The position numbers were made by a program, and so were the translations under genes. Shown one piece after another: positions 17,374-28,006 of a stretch of DNA of 38,551 bases. Position 1 is the stretch's first letter. The number at the start of each line of letters is the position of its first letter. The notes beneath the pieces were generated by a model that did not search any database, was not told where the DNA came from, and was given only the letters and a program-made list of their open reading frames with translations. The stretch lies in sequence record SRR16203515_4350; one strand, 5' to 3'.

Positions 17374-18087
17374 TCAAAATTTTAAATAAAACGGCCGACA
17401 CAAGTGTTTGTATTGCTCTGTATAACTTCCATCGGCGTCTCTTATGATTAGCGCTTCCTCGGTTGTGTCTCTACTTGCCAAACCAAAGCAGTATGCATTC
17501 ACATAAGGGGAGGATTGATGACTATGACTAACACGCAAAATAGCTTGTATCGTCAATCCATACGCTTGGGCACTACGTCTGGTTTCATTTTCATAGTTGG
17601 TGGGATACAAGCAATAGCCACGCCCTGCTGGCGAAAGCCGTGCAGCCATAGCAGCAAATAGCGTCTCAGGGGTAAGGGAAATGTATTGACGAGCCTGCTC
17701 TCGCTGGCGAGATTGTGTGCGATATGCCGCGCTTGGTTTATGTTGGGCCGTAAAGTAAGGCGGGTTAGTAATAATGAGATCATAATCTTTACCTGCATGC
17801 TGGCTAATATCGCATTGCGACACCTTCACCTTGTTCGGCCATGGCGAAGCTGCCACGTTTTGTCTAGCCTGTAACACTGCCCCTTCGTCGATATCAATCG
17901 CCTCGACTATCGCTTCACTCATGGTTCGTTGCGCCATCATTAACGCTAAAATACCGGTGCCTGTGCCAATATCAAGCACCTGCCGTGCTTGATTAATGGT
18001 TGCCCAACTGCCCAATATCAAGCTATCGGTATTTACTTTCATGGCACAGTTATTTTGCTGTACGGTAAATTGTTTACACTTAAACAT
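17374..18087 (-). CDS. yfiC: tRNA1(Val) (adenine37-N6)-methyltransferase
   Basis: F..KQF.V.Q..CAMKV.TD..ILG.W; LDIGTGTG; DLIITNPPYF; C-terminal FYLKF. Confidence 0.93.
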   Translation of the reverse strand: MFKCKQFTVQQNNCAMKVNTDSLILGSWATINQARQVLDIGTGTGILALMMAQRTMSEAIVEAIDIDEGAVLQARQNVAASPWPNKVKVSQCDISQHAGKDYDLIITNPPYFTAQHKPSAAYRTQSRQREQARQYISLTPETLFAAMAARLSPAGRGYCLYPTNYENETRRSAQAYGLTIQAILRVSHSHQSSPYVNAYCFGLASRDTTEEALIIRDADGSYTEQYKHLCRPFYLKF

Positions 18088-18170
18088 GAGTTAGGTCGTC
18101 TCGTTATTTATTAGCACTCGCTCACTTACGTGGAATATATGCTTAAGTGATGAATATGGCGATAAGCGGT

Positions 18171-18794
18171 TTAAGCCCATCGCTGCAACGCCATCATGTT
18201 TCTGGCCACATCCGTCGCGTGTACCGGACGATATTTTTTAAGCGGGCCTTTCATTAAACTTTGCCACACAGGGGCCGTTTTTTTCGCAATATCTTCTAAC
18301 ACCCGGGTGTCTTCTCTATCACCGAGCAAGAGTGAGGGGCGCACTGCAGAGGCATGGGGCAATTGGGGCATACGCATAATGGCATTTTCCAACTCGCCTT
18401 TTACCCGTAAGTAAAAGTTGCTGCTGCTTGCATCAGCACCTACCGATGATACCCATACGAAGCTATCAGCCCGTTGTGCCCGGGTTAGTTGCGCGGCAAT
18501 ATGAATATACTCGAAATCTACTCGCCGAAAGGCAGCTTTAGAGCCCGCTCGCTTTAACGTGGTACCTAAACAGCAATACACATGGTCAACGCTGAAATAG
18601 CCTTGATAATCTTGAAAAGCGTCAAAGTCGATAACCACAGGTTTTAATTTATTGTCAGGGTCACGGTAGTGCTCGCGAGCTAAAGGCTTGCGTACTAAAC
18701 ACGTCACTTCTTGGTATCGGCGGTCTTGTAATAATATATTTACTAACGCTCGTCCCACTAAACCTGTCGCTCCCAGCATCATTGCAGATTTCAT
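18171..18794 (-). CDS. NAD(P)H-binding protein, YraR/TIP30(HTATIP2)-like
   Basis: GATGLVG; CCLGTT.K.AGS..AF..VD; VSSVGAD...FYL.VKG; RPSLLLG.R. Start set at the ATG after AAGGTG. Confidence 0.9.
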   Translation of the reverse strand: MKSAMMLGATGLVGRALVNILLQDRRYQEVTCLVRKPLAREHYRDPDNKLKPVVIDFDAFQDYQGYFSVDHVYCCLGTTLKRAGSKAAFRRVDFEYIHIAAQLTRAQRADSFVWVSSVGADASSSNFYLRVKGELENAIMRMPQLPHASAVRPSLLLGDREDTRVLEDIAKKTAPVWQSLMKGPLKKYRPVHATDVARNMMALQRWA

Positions 18795-18853
18795 ACTTCG
18801 CACCTTGTATCATCTAATAGTTTCTCTACAATCAACCCTTCGACAGTTAAAAT

Positions 18854-21064
18854 ATGCAGATAAAAATGAAAAAAGCCCTTTTAATTGGAGCCGCTATGCT
18901 CTCTACTGTTTTACACGCAGAAACGCTCACTATTGAGCGAATATTTTCTTCTCCCTCCCTTGACGGTAATGCGCCCCGCGCATTAAAGGTATCGCCTGAT
19001 GGTGAACGCGTCACTTTCTTAAAGGGAAAACAAACCGACTATGAACGCTTAGATTTATGGGAATATCATATTGATAGTGGTAAAACCCGCCTACTCTTCG
19101 ACTCAAACGATCTACAAAGCGGTGACGAGGTGCTTTCCGATGAGGAAAAAGCCCGTCGCGAACGCATGCGTTTATCCGGTACAGGTATTGTTAGCTACCA
19201 GTGGTCTGACGATGGCAAAGCACTGCTGTTTCCTTTAGGTGGCGACGTTTATTACCACAAATTAGGTGAAAAAGGCGCCAAGCAATTGCTTGATACCGAC
19301 ACCTTTGAAACCGACATCAAGTTATCGCCAAAGGGTAATTATATCTCGTTTATTCGCGAGCAAAACCTTTACGTGAAACATATTGAAAGCGGAAAAGAAA
19401 CTGCGATCACCACTGAAGGTGGCGGCAACCTCAAATTCGGTATGGCAGAATTTGTTGCGCAAGAAGAAATGGGCAGAATGACCGGCTATTGGTGGTCACC
19501 GGATGAAAGTCATATTGCCTTTACCAAGGTGGACGAGATGCCGGTGGATGTGATCACCCGGTCTGAAATTTACGCCGATGACATTAAACTTATTCAGCAA
19601 AAGTACCCTAAGGCGGGTACCCCTAACGTACACGTTGAGTTGGCTATCCAAAATATTGAAAGTCAGCAGCGACAGTGGGTTGATTTAGGCAAAGATAAAG
19701 ATATTTATCTTGCCCGTGGTGCATGGATGCCTGATAGCCAAACCTTTACCTATCAATGGCAAACACGTGACCAACAAATCCTTGAACTGCGCGCTTACCA
19801 CCTAGCCAGTAAAAAACAGCAAGTATTACTGAAAGAAACCAGTGAGACTTGGGTTAACTTACATGATGATCTTTATTTTCTTAGCGATGGTGAGCAGTTT
19901 ATCTGGGCCTCGGAACGCGACGGCTTTAAGTACTTATACCTTTACAACAACGATGGCAGCTTAGTCAAACAGCTGACTCAAGGCGACTGGGTAGTCGATA
20001 ACGTAGAGGCGATTGACAGTAATAATAATCGACTGTACTTCTCTGGACGTAAAGACACCCCTCTTGAAAGCCACGTGTATTCTATGCCGCTGAATGGCGG
20101 TGATATAGCCCGCATTACCGAACTAGGTGCCTTCCATAGCGCGACATTTAGCGGCGATGCGTCTATTTTTATTGACCGTTTCTCTACCGTTAACTCGCCA
20201 GCGCAGGTAAGCCTCAATGACGCCTCAGGTGAGCGTATTACCTGGTTAGAGGAAAACAAAGTAGCGCAGGGCCACCCGCTTTACCCTTACATGGACAGTT
20301 GGACCGCTCCTGAGTTTGGCGACATTCAAACCAAAGATGGTGCTACCCTTAAATACCGTATTTATAAGCCTGAAAACCTAGAGAAAAAGCACCCAGTTAT
20401 TGTTTACCTTTATGGCGGCCCACATGCACAAGTGGTCACAAACAGCTGGGCCGGTAACCGTGGGTTACTTATGCAGCATTGGGTAGATAAGGGCTATGTG
20501 GTATTTACCCTCGATAACCGCGGTTCTAACTATCGCGGCAAAGCGTTTGAAGATCCTATTTATAAAAAGATGGGCTTTATCGAGGTTGAAGATCAAATTG
20601 CCGGCGTGGAATTTTTACGCACCCTACCTTATGTGGATGCAGAGCGCATTGGGGTACACGGACATAGTTATGGCGGCTATATGACCCTTATGAGCATGTT
20701 TAAAGCCGGTGATTATTTTGCCGCCGGTGTGTCTGGCGCGCCGGTGACTGATTGGCGTTTGTATGACACCCATTACACCGAACGCTACATGGGCAACCCC
20801 AATACCGATGACGACGCCTACACGGCATCTTCGGTGTTCCCTTATGCAAAAGATTTGAAAGGGGATTTGCTCATTTATCATGGTATGGCCGATGACAATG
20901 TTTTGTTCACCCACTCTACTATGCTGTACAAACACTTACAGGATTTAGCCATCCCTTTTGAAACCATGGACTATGTAGGCAAAAAGCACAGTATTCGCGG
21001 TAAGCAAACGGGTATTCACCTGTACAACACCATCACTAATTTCTTCGATCGCACGTTGAAATAA
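18854..21064 (+). CDS. S9B dipeptidyl peptidase IV family, exported
   Basis: Signal peptide; propeller motif QEEM..GYWWSPD; nucleophile GHSYGG; DDNV; C-terminal His (KHS). Confidence 0.95.
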   Translation: MQIKMKKALLIGAAMLSTVLHAETLTIERIFSSPSLDGNAPRALKVSPDGERVTFLKGKQTDYERLDLWEYHIDSGKTRLLFDSNDLQSGDEVLSDEEKARRERMRLSGTGIVSYQWSDDGKALLFPLGGDVYYHKLGEKGAKQLLDTDTFETDIKLSPKGNYISFIREQNLYVKHIESGKETAITTEGGGNLKFGMAEFVAQEEMGRMTGYWWSPDESHIAFTKVDEMPVDVITRSEIYADDIKLIQQKYPKAGTPNVHVELAIQNIESQQRQWVDLGKDKDIYLARGAWMPDSQTFTYQWQTRDQQILELRAYHLASKKQQVLLKETSETWVNLHDDLYFLSDGEQFIWASERDGFKYLYLYNNDGSLVKQLTQGDWVVDNVEAIDSNNNRLYFSGRKDTPLESHVYSMPLNGGDIARITELGAFHSATFSGDASIFIDRFSTVNSPAQVSLNDASGERITWLEENKVAQGHPLYPYMDSWTAPEFGDIQTKDGATLKYRIYKPENLEKKHPVIVYLYGGPHAQVVTNSWAGNRGLLMQHWVDKGYVVFTLDNRGSNYRGKAFEDPIYKKMGFIEVEDQIAGVEFLRTLPYVDAERIGVHGHSYGGYMTLMSMFKAGDYFAAGVSGAPVTDWRLYDTHYTERYMGNPNTDDDAYTASSVFPYAKDLKGDLLIYHGMADDNVLFTHSTMLYKHLQDLAIPFETMDYVGKKHSIRGKQTGIHLYNTITNFFDRTLK

Positions 21065-21097
21065 ATTTTTTCTCAGTTATTAGAGAAACATCACTAG

Positions 21098-21134
21098 AAA
21101 GCACAACCACTACTAATTTGGTTGTGCTTTTTTT
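21098..21134 (+). terminator. Intrinsic terminator after the S9 peptidase
   Basis: AAAGCACAACCA...TGGTTGTGCTTT plus a T-tract. Confidence 0.88.
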
Positions 21135-21286
21135 ATTCGTGGGTATTAGACCTTATATTAAATCTGCCTCTCTTTGTTTGTTAAATTTTATTTAATGGTG
21201 TAGCGTAAAAATCGGGCATATCGCTCACCTGCACAAAAAATAAGATAAATAGCAGGATATACAACAAGTAAATGAGAGTGGAACAA

Positions 21287-23143
21287 ATGAAAAAAAAGAT
21301 ATTTACTCCCTCGCTGATTGCAGCAAGTTTAATCCTTTCTAGCGCCCACGCACTGGCAGCTAGTAACGACAGGTACATCATTCAAGTGGACAATAATGGC
21401 AAAGGCATTGTGAAAGCGTTGGCTAAACAAGCTGGCGCTGAGATACATGTTGATGCGGATGGCTTTATTGCCGCCACCTTTAGCGGTAAGTCGCTAAACG
21501 AAGTAAAAGGTTTACTGAACAACCCCCACGTAAGCTTGGTAGAGGTAGATCAAAAACGCACACCCTTAGCACTTTTCAATGATGACGCCGGTGACCCAGC
21601 ACAAACCCAGTTAACGCCCTATGCGGTATATCAGGCCCAGGCCGACCAAGTAAACTTTGATAGTAACGCCGGCATGAAAGTCTGTGTCATCGATTCTGGC
21701 CTTGACTCTTCTAACCCAGATTTCAATTGGTCTGCCATTACCGGTGACAATGATGTGGGCACGGGCAACTGGTTTGAAAATGGCGGCCCCCATGGCACGC
21801 ACGTAGCGGGTACGATTGGCGCGGCCGATAATGGCTTCGGTGTGGTAGGTATGGCACCTGGCGTCGATATGCACATTATCAAGGTGTTTAATGCCGAAGG
21901 CTGGGGCTATTCATCCGATTTAGCACAAGCGGCACAACTGTGCTCTCAGGCTGGCGCTAACATCATCAATATGAGTCTTGGTGGTGGCGGTGCAAACTCT
22001 ACTGAAGAAAACGCATTTAATGATTTTGTCGCGAATGGCGGCTTAGTGGTTGCTGCGGCAGGTAATGACGGCAATAGCGTGCGCTCCTACCCCGCAGGAT
22101 ACTCTGCGGTCATGATGATTGGGGCAAACGATGCAGATAACAATATTGCCGATTTCTCGCAATACCCTTCGTGTACCACAGGTAAAGGCAGACGTACCAC
22201 CACCGATGAAACCATTTGCGTAGAAGTAACCGCAGGTGGGGTAGATACACTGTCCACATACCCTGCCGGTGGCGCGTCTATGGCTACCTTAAGTGCAGAC
22301 GGTACTGGCTTTGCTTCTTCAGCTATGGAAAACACAGGAAATGCGTCCGCCGCCACTTATTACCTAGGGTTAGGTGATAGCGTGGATACTAACGCCTCAG
22401 GTAAAGTGTGTGTAATTGACCGGGGTAGCGTGTCTTTCTACGATAAAGTCAATAATTGCGAAATGTCTGGTGGTGTAGGCGCCGTAATCATCAACAATGA
22501 AGCGGGTATGTTATACGGTACTTTAGGTGATACCAACGATACCACCATCCCAGCGGTAGGCGCAGCCCTTGAAGATCGAAGTAGTTTAATGGCGGCCTCC
22601 ACTATGGATATTTCCATTGGCGCCAGCGATTATGGTTATATGAGTGGTACGTCAATGGCGACACCGGCGGTTGCTGGGGTAGCGGCATTGGTATGGTCTA
22701 ATCACCCAACGTGTACTGGTGAAGAAATTCGCAGCGCATTGAAAGCCACCGCGTTGGATGCTGGTGCATCGGGCAAAGACGTATACTTTGGCCATGGCAT
22801 GGTGCAAGCAGCAGATGCTAACACATATCTCACGCAAAACGGCTGCGCCGGTGGCGGCACAGGCGGTGGTGATAATGGCGGTGGCGACACTGGTGGCAGC
22901 GGCGATGTAACCCTTACCGCAAATGGCTACAAGGTTAAAGGCCAGCAGCAAGTCGACTTAACGTGGGCTGATGCAACTTCTACTAATGTGGATATTTACC
23001 GCGATGGTAGTGTGATTGTTACCACTGAAAATGATGGCAGTTACACCGACATGCTGAACAGGAAAGGCGGCGGTAGCTACGACTACCAAGTGTGTGAAGC
23101 AGGTACCTCAACGTGCTCAGCCACGGTTAACGTAGTCTTTTAA
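21287..23143 (+). CDS. Secreted S8 subtilase with propeptide, PA domain, Gly-rich linker and C-terminal Fn3-like domain
   Basis: Catalytic triad motifs VIDSG, HGTHVAG, GTSMATP; oxyanion AAGN; PA-domain motif GKVCVIDRG..SF..KV.N....G..GAVIINN. Confidence 0.95.
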   Translation: MKKKIFTPSLIAASLILSSAHALAASNDRYIIQVDNNGKGIVKALAKQAGAEIHVDADGFIAATFSGKSLNEVKGLLNNPHVSLVEVDQKRTPLALFNDDAGDPAQTQLTPYAVYQAQADQVNFDSNAGMKVCVIDSGLDSSNPDFNWSAITGDNDVGTGNWFENGGPHGTHVAGTIGAADNGFGVVGMAPGVDMHIIKVFNAEGWGYSSDLAQAAQLCSQAGANIINMSLGGGGANSTEENAFNDFVANGGLVVAAAGNDGNSVRSYPAGYSAVMMIGANDADNNIADFSQYPSCTTGKGRRTTTDETICVEVTAGGVDTLSTYPAGGASMATLSADGTGFASSAMENTGNASAATYYLGLGDSVDTNASGKVCVIDRGSVSFYDKVNNCEMSGGVGAVIINNEAGMLYGTLGDTNDTTIPAVGAALEDRSSLMAASTMDISIGASDYGYMSGTSMATPAVAGVAALVWSNHPTCTGEEIRSALKATALDAGASGKDVYFGHGMVQAADANTYLTQNGCAGGGTGGGDNGGGDTGGSGDVTLTANGYKVKGQQQVDLTWADATSTNVDIYRDGSVIVTTENDGSYTDMLNRKGGGSYDYQVCEAGTSTCSATVNVVF

Positions 23144-23159
23144 ACGTTAAAAGCCATAT

Positions 23160-23186
23160 AAACAGCGGGCAAGTGCCCGCTGTTTT
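23160..23186. terminator. Bidirectional intrinsic terminator
   Basis: AAACAGCGGGC-AAGT-GCCCGCTGTTTT between convergent genes. Confidence 0.88.
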
Positions 23187-23189
23187 CAT

Positions 23190-23564
23190 TTAAGCAAACA
23201 ACTGATTGGCTAAATTTTGCTGTACTGCTTGGGCCGATGAGGCGCTTAATTCTATTTCAATGGCGTCAGCTTTGCCTGACAACCAAATTTTCAGCTCGGC
23301 ATCTGTATCAAAATGGCCGGCAGTTTCCACGATAAACTGAGTGATCGATTTATAGGGTATCGAGTGGTAATTCACCTTACGCCCAGTTAATCCTTGCTTG
23401 TCGATAAGTATCAATCGCTTGTTGGTAAAAACACTGAGATCTCTCACTAGTTTAAAAGCAGCCGTCACTGTCTCGTTTGCTGCTAAAATAGGCATAAGCT
23501 CTTCATTTACCGCTTCTGCACTGGTTTCACTGGCATTACCCAGCAAGGTATTAAATAAACCCAT
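23190..23564 (-). CDS. Bacterial PH-domain protein (YvbH/bPH_1 family)
   Basis: MGLF..LLGNAS; RD..VFTNKRLI.IDKQG.TG.K; ETAG.FD.DAELKIW; SD AGGAG. Confidence 0.93.
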   Translation of the reverse strand: MGLFNTLLGNASETSAEAVNEELMPILAANETVTAAFKLVRDLSVFTNKRLILIDKQGLTGRKVNYHSIPYKSITQFIVETAGHFDTDAELKIWLSGKADAIEIELSASSAQAVQQNLANQLFA

Positions 23565-23609
23565 TTTTATCTCCTAAGCTGACATCCGTTGCATCTGGTA
23601 TTGAAGCCG

Positions 23610-23879
23610 CTACGCTAACGGCGCTGGCTTATCCAGAGCAAAACCCCGACCGCAGTCGCCCCCTAGCGCTTTAATCACATCTGAGGTCGCACTGTCTACC
23701 ACAAACTCTGCCACGGTTTGCTTGCCCACGCTATGGGCAATATTATTTATCGCTGTAACTGTAGCATGGTCAATAAGATCGTGAGCGATGTTTCGCACAA
23801 CGCTGCTAATTAATTAGATTAACCCAAAACACCTAAGGTAACTTTTTTTGCATGACGACCTCTCACCGTCAATGTGCAA
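23610..23879 (-). pseudogene. Remnant of an EAL (c-di-GMP phosphodiesterase) domain C-terminus
   Basis: VRNIAHD..D.A.V.AI..IAH..GK.TVAEFV...LG.D...GF...KP.PL matches the EAL C-terminus, but QG is replaced by RG, an in-frame TAA lies 6 codons upstream, and the EAL/DDFGTG motifs are absent. Confidence 0.8.
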
Positions 23880-23983
23880 CAAACCTAATGGCGTTAGATG
23901 AATTAATTATGAATTTTCGTTGTGGCAGATAGATGCTAGGGTATAGAACATAAGACAATGACACGACGTATCACGAACTCATA

Positions 23984-25000
23984 ATGACAGACAGTATCCC
24001 CTCGTTGAATTTTGCCGCCGTATCAGCGGCCGCTGCACGTATAAAAGGCCATGTAAAAAAAACGCCCATCATGGAATCTCAGCTCCTTAATAAATGGATG
24101 GGCCAGCGTATTTTATTTAAAGCCGAATGTTTACAAACGGTAGGGGCCTTTAAGCTAAGAGGCGCGATGAATTTTTTAGCCAAGCTTAACGAGCAGAACC
24201 AGCTGCCCCACCATGTGGTCGCAAACAGTTCAGGCAACCACGCCCAAGCGGTGGCCTATGCCGCTGCAGCCTTTGGTATAAAAGCGACTATTTTTGCCAG
24301 CGAAACCATTTCCCCCATCAAGGCGGCAGCCACGCAAAGCTACGGGGCTGAAGTTAAATTATTTGCCACTCGCCCAGAAGCCGATGCCGCAGTACGTGAA
24401 GCTGCAAAGGCACCTGATACGGTATGGATCCCGCCATTTAATCACGAGGACATCGTAGCGGGTCAAGGCACGGTAGCGTTAGAAGCATTGCAGGAAATAG
24501 GCGAACTAGATGCAGTATTTGCGCCCTGTGGCGGCGGAGGCTTGTTGTCCGGTTCGCTTATCGTCACCCGAGAATTACAACCCGATGCGCTGGTGATTGG
24601 CGCTGAACCCGCTGCCGCCAATGATGCGTCATTATCCCTTCAATCTGGTGAGATAGTGACCCTTGAGCATCCCCCTCAAACCCTAGCTGATGGAGCCGCC
24701 ACCCCAAGTATCGGCGAGGTTACCTTTCCTTTTTTGCAGCAACTTGATGATTTTTATGAAGTAGACGAACTACAAATTGCGTATTGGACACAATGGCTAC
24801 AGCATTTACTCAAATTGCACATTGAACCTACCTGTGCCATGTCGATGGCGGCCGTCGCGGCGTGGGCAGCGAATACCTCGCCAGGACAGACCGCACTGGT
24901 TATCTTATCTGGCGGCAACATAAGTCAAGCGTCAATGGCCAACATCTGGGAAAGAGACTTTTTACTTCAACCACCAATTATTAATTCAGAAGAAGAATAA
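23984..25000 (+). CDS. PLP-dependent serine/threonine dehydratase / serine racemase-like enzyme (no ACT domain)
   Basis: KAECLQ.VGAFKLRGA (PLP Lys), SSGNHAQAVA, PCGGGGLLSG, LSGGN. Confidence 0.92.
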   Translation: MTDSIPSLNFAAVSAAAARIKGHVKKTPIMESQLLNKWMGQRILFKAECLQTVGAFKLRGAMNFLAKLNEQNQLPHHVVANSSGNHAQAVAYAAAAFGIKATIFASETISPIKAAATQSYGAEVKLFATRPEADAAVREAAKAPDTVWIPPFNHEDIVAGQGTVALEALQEIGELDAVFAPCGGGGLLSGSLIVTRELQPDALVIGAEPAAANDASLSLQSGEIVTLEHPPQTLADGAATPSIGEVTFPFLQQLDDFYEVDELQIAYWTQWLQHLLKLHIEPTCAMSMAAVAAWAANTSPGQTALVILSGGNISQASMANIWERDFLLQPPIINSEEE

Positions 25001-25002
25001 CG

Positions 25003-26679
25003 ATGAAAACCATGCCCGTGAAAACCTTACTCACCCGTTTATCCTTAGCCGCGGCCTGTGTCGCTGCCTCGGCCTTGCCACTTAGTGCAGCCACTGCCGC
25101 AACCTTAGTGAAAAACGTAAAAGGCTATACCTTGAATGAGGCTGGTAGCTTAGTGAAGTTTAGCAACCTTGTCATTGAAGATGGCAAGGTGTTAGCCCTT
25201 GACGCCGACGGCAATAACTACCAAATCGATACCACCATCAACGGCCATGGCAAGGTAATGTTACCAGGGTTGATAGATGCCCATGGTCACTTACTGGGCT
25301 TAGGTGCAAACTTATTAGAAGTAAACCTGCGTGAGAGTAGCAGTGCAGACAATGCCGCCAGCATGGTTGCTGAGTACGCTTTCGCCAATAAGTCACAAGC
25401 GTGGATCACAGGAAGAGGCTGGAACCAAGAACTTTGGAGCGACCGCGCCTTCCCTACGGCGAAGGACCTCGACAAATATGTGTCCGACCGACCAGTAGTA
25501 TTAACCCGTGTAGACGGTCACGCCGCATGGGTTAATAGCAAAGCAATGGAAATAGCAGGCATCAGCAAAGATACTACCTCTCCAGTAGGTGGCGAAATTA
25601 TCACAGATGCGAACGGTAACCCAACGGGGGTATTTATCGACAATGCTGCCATGCTGATTGAAAAACATCTTCCCACTGCCAGCAATGCCGTTTATGAACA
25701 GCAGCTTAGCGCTGCAGGTAAGCACTTACTTGCTAACGGCGTTACCTCAATGCACGATGCCGGTATCAGCCATGATGTGTACGACTTCTATTTAAAAGAA
25801 GCGGTAGAAAGCGACCTACCCGTGCGTATATATGCCATGGTTAGCGCCACCGATGCTGAATTATCCACTATGCTTGGTAATGACCCTATTCGCGATGCCG
25901 ATGACTTTTTATATATTCGCTCGGTCAAAGCTTACGGTGATGGGGCGCTAGGCAGTCGAGGGGCAGCTTTATTGGCTCCCTACTCTGATGCACCCCATCA
26001 ACATGGCCTATTGCTTACCCAACCTGAAGATATGAATGCACTCTTTACTAAGGTAATAGGAGCCGGCTTTCAACTGAACTATCATGCGATCGGCGATAAG
26101 GCTAACCATATTGCGCTCAACGAATTTGAAGCCACCTTTGACAAAATTGGCGGCAGCGAGTTACGCCACCGCATTGAACATGCTCAAGTCATTGCGCCTG
26201 ACGACCTTGCCCGTTTTGCCGATTTAAAGGTACTGCCTTCTATGCAACCTACCCATGCCACCAGCGATAAAAATATGGCAGAAGATCGCATTGGCAAAGC
26301 GCGGATGAAAGGGGCCTATGCGTGGAAAACCCTGCTCGACTCTGGTATTGCATTGCCCCTAGGCTCTGACTTTCCGGTAGAGCTGGCCAACCCGTTTTAT
26401 GGGTTACACGCCGCGGTAACGCGACAAGATAGAAATAACCAGCCAGTTAAAGGTTGGTACGCCCACGAAGCCCTCACCATTGAACAAGCGTTTAAAGGGT
26501 TTACCTTAGATGCTGCCTATGCAGGCCATATGGAAGATACCTTAGGTACATTAACACCAGGAAAGTGGGCCGATTTCATTTTGGTAGACCAAGATATTTT
26601 TAGTATCGATGCGAAAAATATCTGGAAGACCAAAGTATTGGCGACTTATGTGGCTGGCGAACAAGTGTTTGGCGAATAA
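25003..26679 (+). CDS. Exported metal-dependent amidohydrolase (YtcJ/amidohydro_3-like)
   Basis: Sec signal peptide; PGLIDAHGH, K.YGDGALGSRGA, HAIGD, RIEHAQ, GSDFP. Confidence 0.93.
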   Translation: MKTMPVKTLLTRLSLAAACVAASALPLSAATAATLVKNVKGYTLNEAGSLVKFSNLVIEDGKVLALDADGNNYQIDTTINGHGKVMLPGLIDAHGHLLGLGANLLEVNLRESSSADNAASMVAEYAFANKSQAWITGRGWNQELWSDRAFPTAKDLDKYVSDRPVVLTRVDGHAAWVNSKAMEIAGISKDTTSPVGGEIITDANGNPTGVFIDNAAMLIEKHLPTASNAVYEQQLSAAGKHLLANGVTSMHDAGISHDVYDFYLKEAVESDLPVRIYAMVSATDAELSTMLGNDPIRDADDFLYIRSVKAYGDGALGSRGAALLAPYSDAPHQHGLLLTQPEDMNALFTKVIGAGFQLNYHAIGDKANHIALNEFEATFDKIGGSELRHRIEHAQVIAPDDLARFADLKVLPSMQPTHATSDKNMAEDRIGKARMKGAYAWKTLLDSGIALPLGSDFPVELANPFYGLHAAVTRQDRNNQPVKGWYAHEALTIEQAFKGFTLDAAYAGHMEDTLGTLTPGKWADFILVDQDIFSIDAKNIWKTKVLATYVAGEQVFGE

Positions 26680-26698
26680 TCGCAAGTACGGTGGTTAA

Positions 26699-28006
26699 AT
26701 GAGCAGTTTACATAAAAGCCTTTTAAGTAAAGGTATTGGCGGCATTGGTGCTGCCCTTTTGGTGCTAAACGGCCTGATTGGTGCAGGGATATTTGCCCTG
26801 CCCGCCAAAATGGCCGCCCAATTAGGCGCATTCAGCCCCTATATCTTTCTTATCTTTGGCGCGCTCATGCTCACCATTGTGTGGTGCTTTGGGCAACTCG
26901 CCGGGCTATACCAAGAAACCGGGGGGCCTGTTGTCTATGCACGAAAAGTCTTTGGTGACGCGGCGGCGTTTCAAACAGGCTTTATCTACTACCTTGCCCG
27001 CGCGACCGCCATTGCCGCTAATATGCACGTATTGCTACTTTACGCGAGCTACGTATGGCCTGAACTAAATGCGGGCATAGGCAAATCTTTCGCTATACTT
27101 GTGTTAACCGCTACGTTAATTATGGTCAATATCGTGGGATTAAAAGCGGCGATGCGCGCGTTAGATACCATCTCAGTGTTAAAGCTACTGCCCTTTGCTG
27201 CGCTCATTGGTTTAGGCTACTGGCAATTAGATTTTTCGACCCCCGCAGTTTCGTCTTTTGCAGACACAGTGCCCGCCTTCGATACTATCTCAGCAGGTGC
27301 GCTACTAACACTTTACGCCTTTATAGGGTTTGAAACCGTGGTAGTAACCAGTGGTGAAACTACCTCACCAAAGAAAACCATCCCCCGGGCGCTGATGTTA
27401 ACGGTGTCGGCTATTGCCTTGTTTTATTTTTGCGTACAGTGGCTGTACTGGGAAACTCTGGGTGCAACAAAACCGGATAGTGCCCCCCTTATTGCCCTTA
27501 CCAATGTGATATTTGGTGAAACTGGCGCCCTTATCATGACACTGACCGCTGTGGTATCGGTTGCGGGTAATTTGCTGGCAAACATGATTTCCACCTCTCG
27601 CCTTACCTTTTCCATGGCTCATCAATCGCTAGTTCCTGGAAAACTCGGCAAGCCGTGGTTAGGTAAGGTACACGCCTCCTTTGCTACCCCTTACATTTCA
27701 ATTCTCGTGCTAGGCATATTTGCGGGCATTATGGCGTTAAGCGGCAGTTTTGTTTGGCTGGCCATTTCAAGTGTGTTGGCACGACTGGTGGTATACGCAA
27801 TGTGTGTATTAGTACTCATGAAGACGCAGCATCAATTATCCCCGTCTGCCAACCTGCTAAAACGTTTATTGCCCTTTGTAGCACTTGCCGTATGTGCCTG
27901 GTCTATTACACAATCGTCTACCCATGCTTGGTTATTTTTACTCGGCGAATTAGCGGTAGGCGCACTGCTGTACTTTGCCCTACACCATAAAGCTTCAAAA
28001 GGTTAG
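26699..28006 (+). CDS. APC-family amino-acid permease
   Basis: About 12 TM segments; IGAGIF.LP in TM1, GGP..Y, YAFIGFE in TM6, P.K.IPRA. Confidence 0.93.
   Translation: MSSLHKSLLSKGIGGIGAALLVLNGLIGAGIFALPAKMAAQLGAFSPYIFLIFGALMLTIVWCFGQLAGLYQETGGPVVYARKVFGDAAAFQTGFIYYLARATAIAANMHVLLLYASYVWPELNAGIGKSFAILVLTATLIMVNIVGLKAAMRALDTISVLKLLPFAALIGLGYWQLDFSTPAVSSFADTVPAFDTISAGALLTLYAFIGFETVVVTSGETTSPKKTIPRALMLTVSAIALFYFCVQWLYWETLGATKPDSAPLIALTNVIFGETGALIMTLTAVVSVAGNLLANMISTSRLTFSMAHQSLVPGKLGKPWLGKVHASFATPYISILVLGIFAGIMALSGSFVWLAISSVLARLVVYAMCVLVLMKTQHQLSPSANLLKRLLPFVALAVCAWSITQSSTHAWLFLLGELAVGALLYFALHHKASKG

Noticed and set aside
22845-22905. GGC/GGT-rich repeats
   Set aside because: They encode the Gly-rich protease linker; not a CRISPR array or independent DNA repeat.
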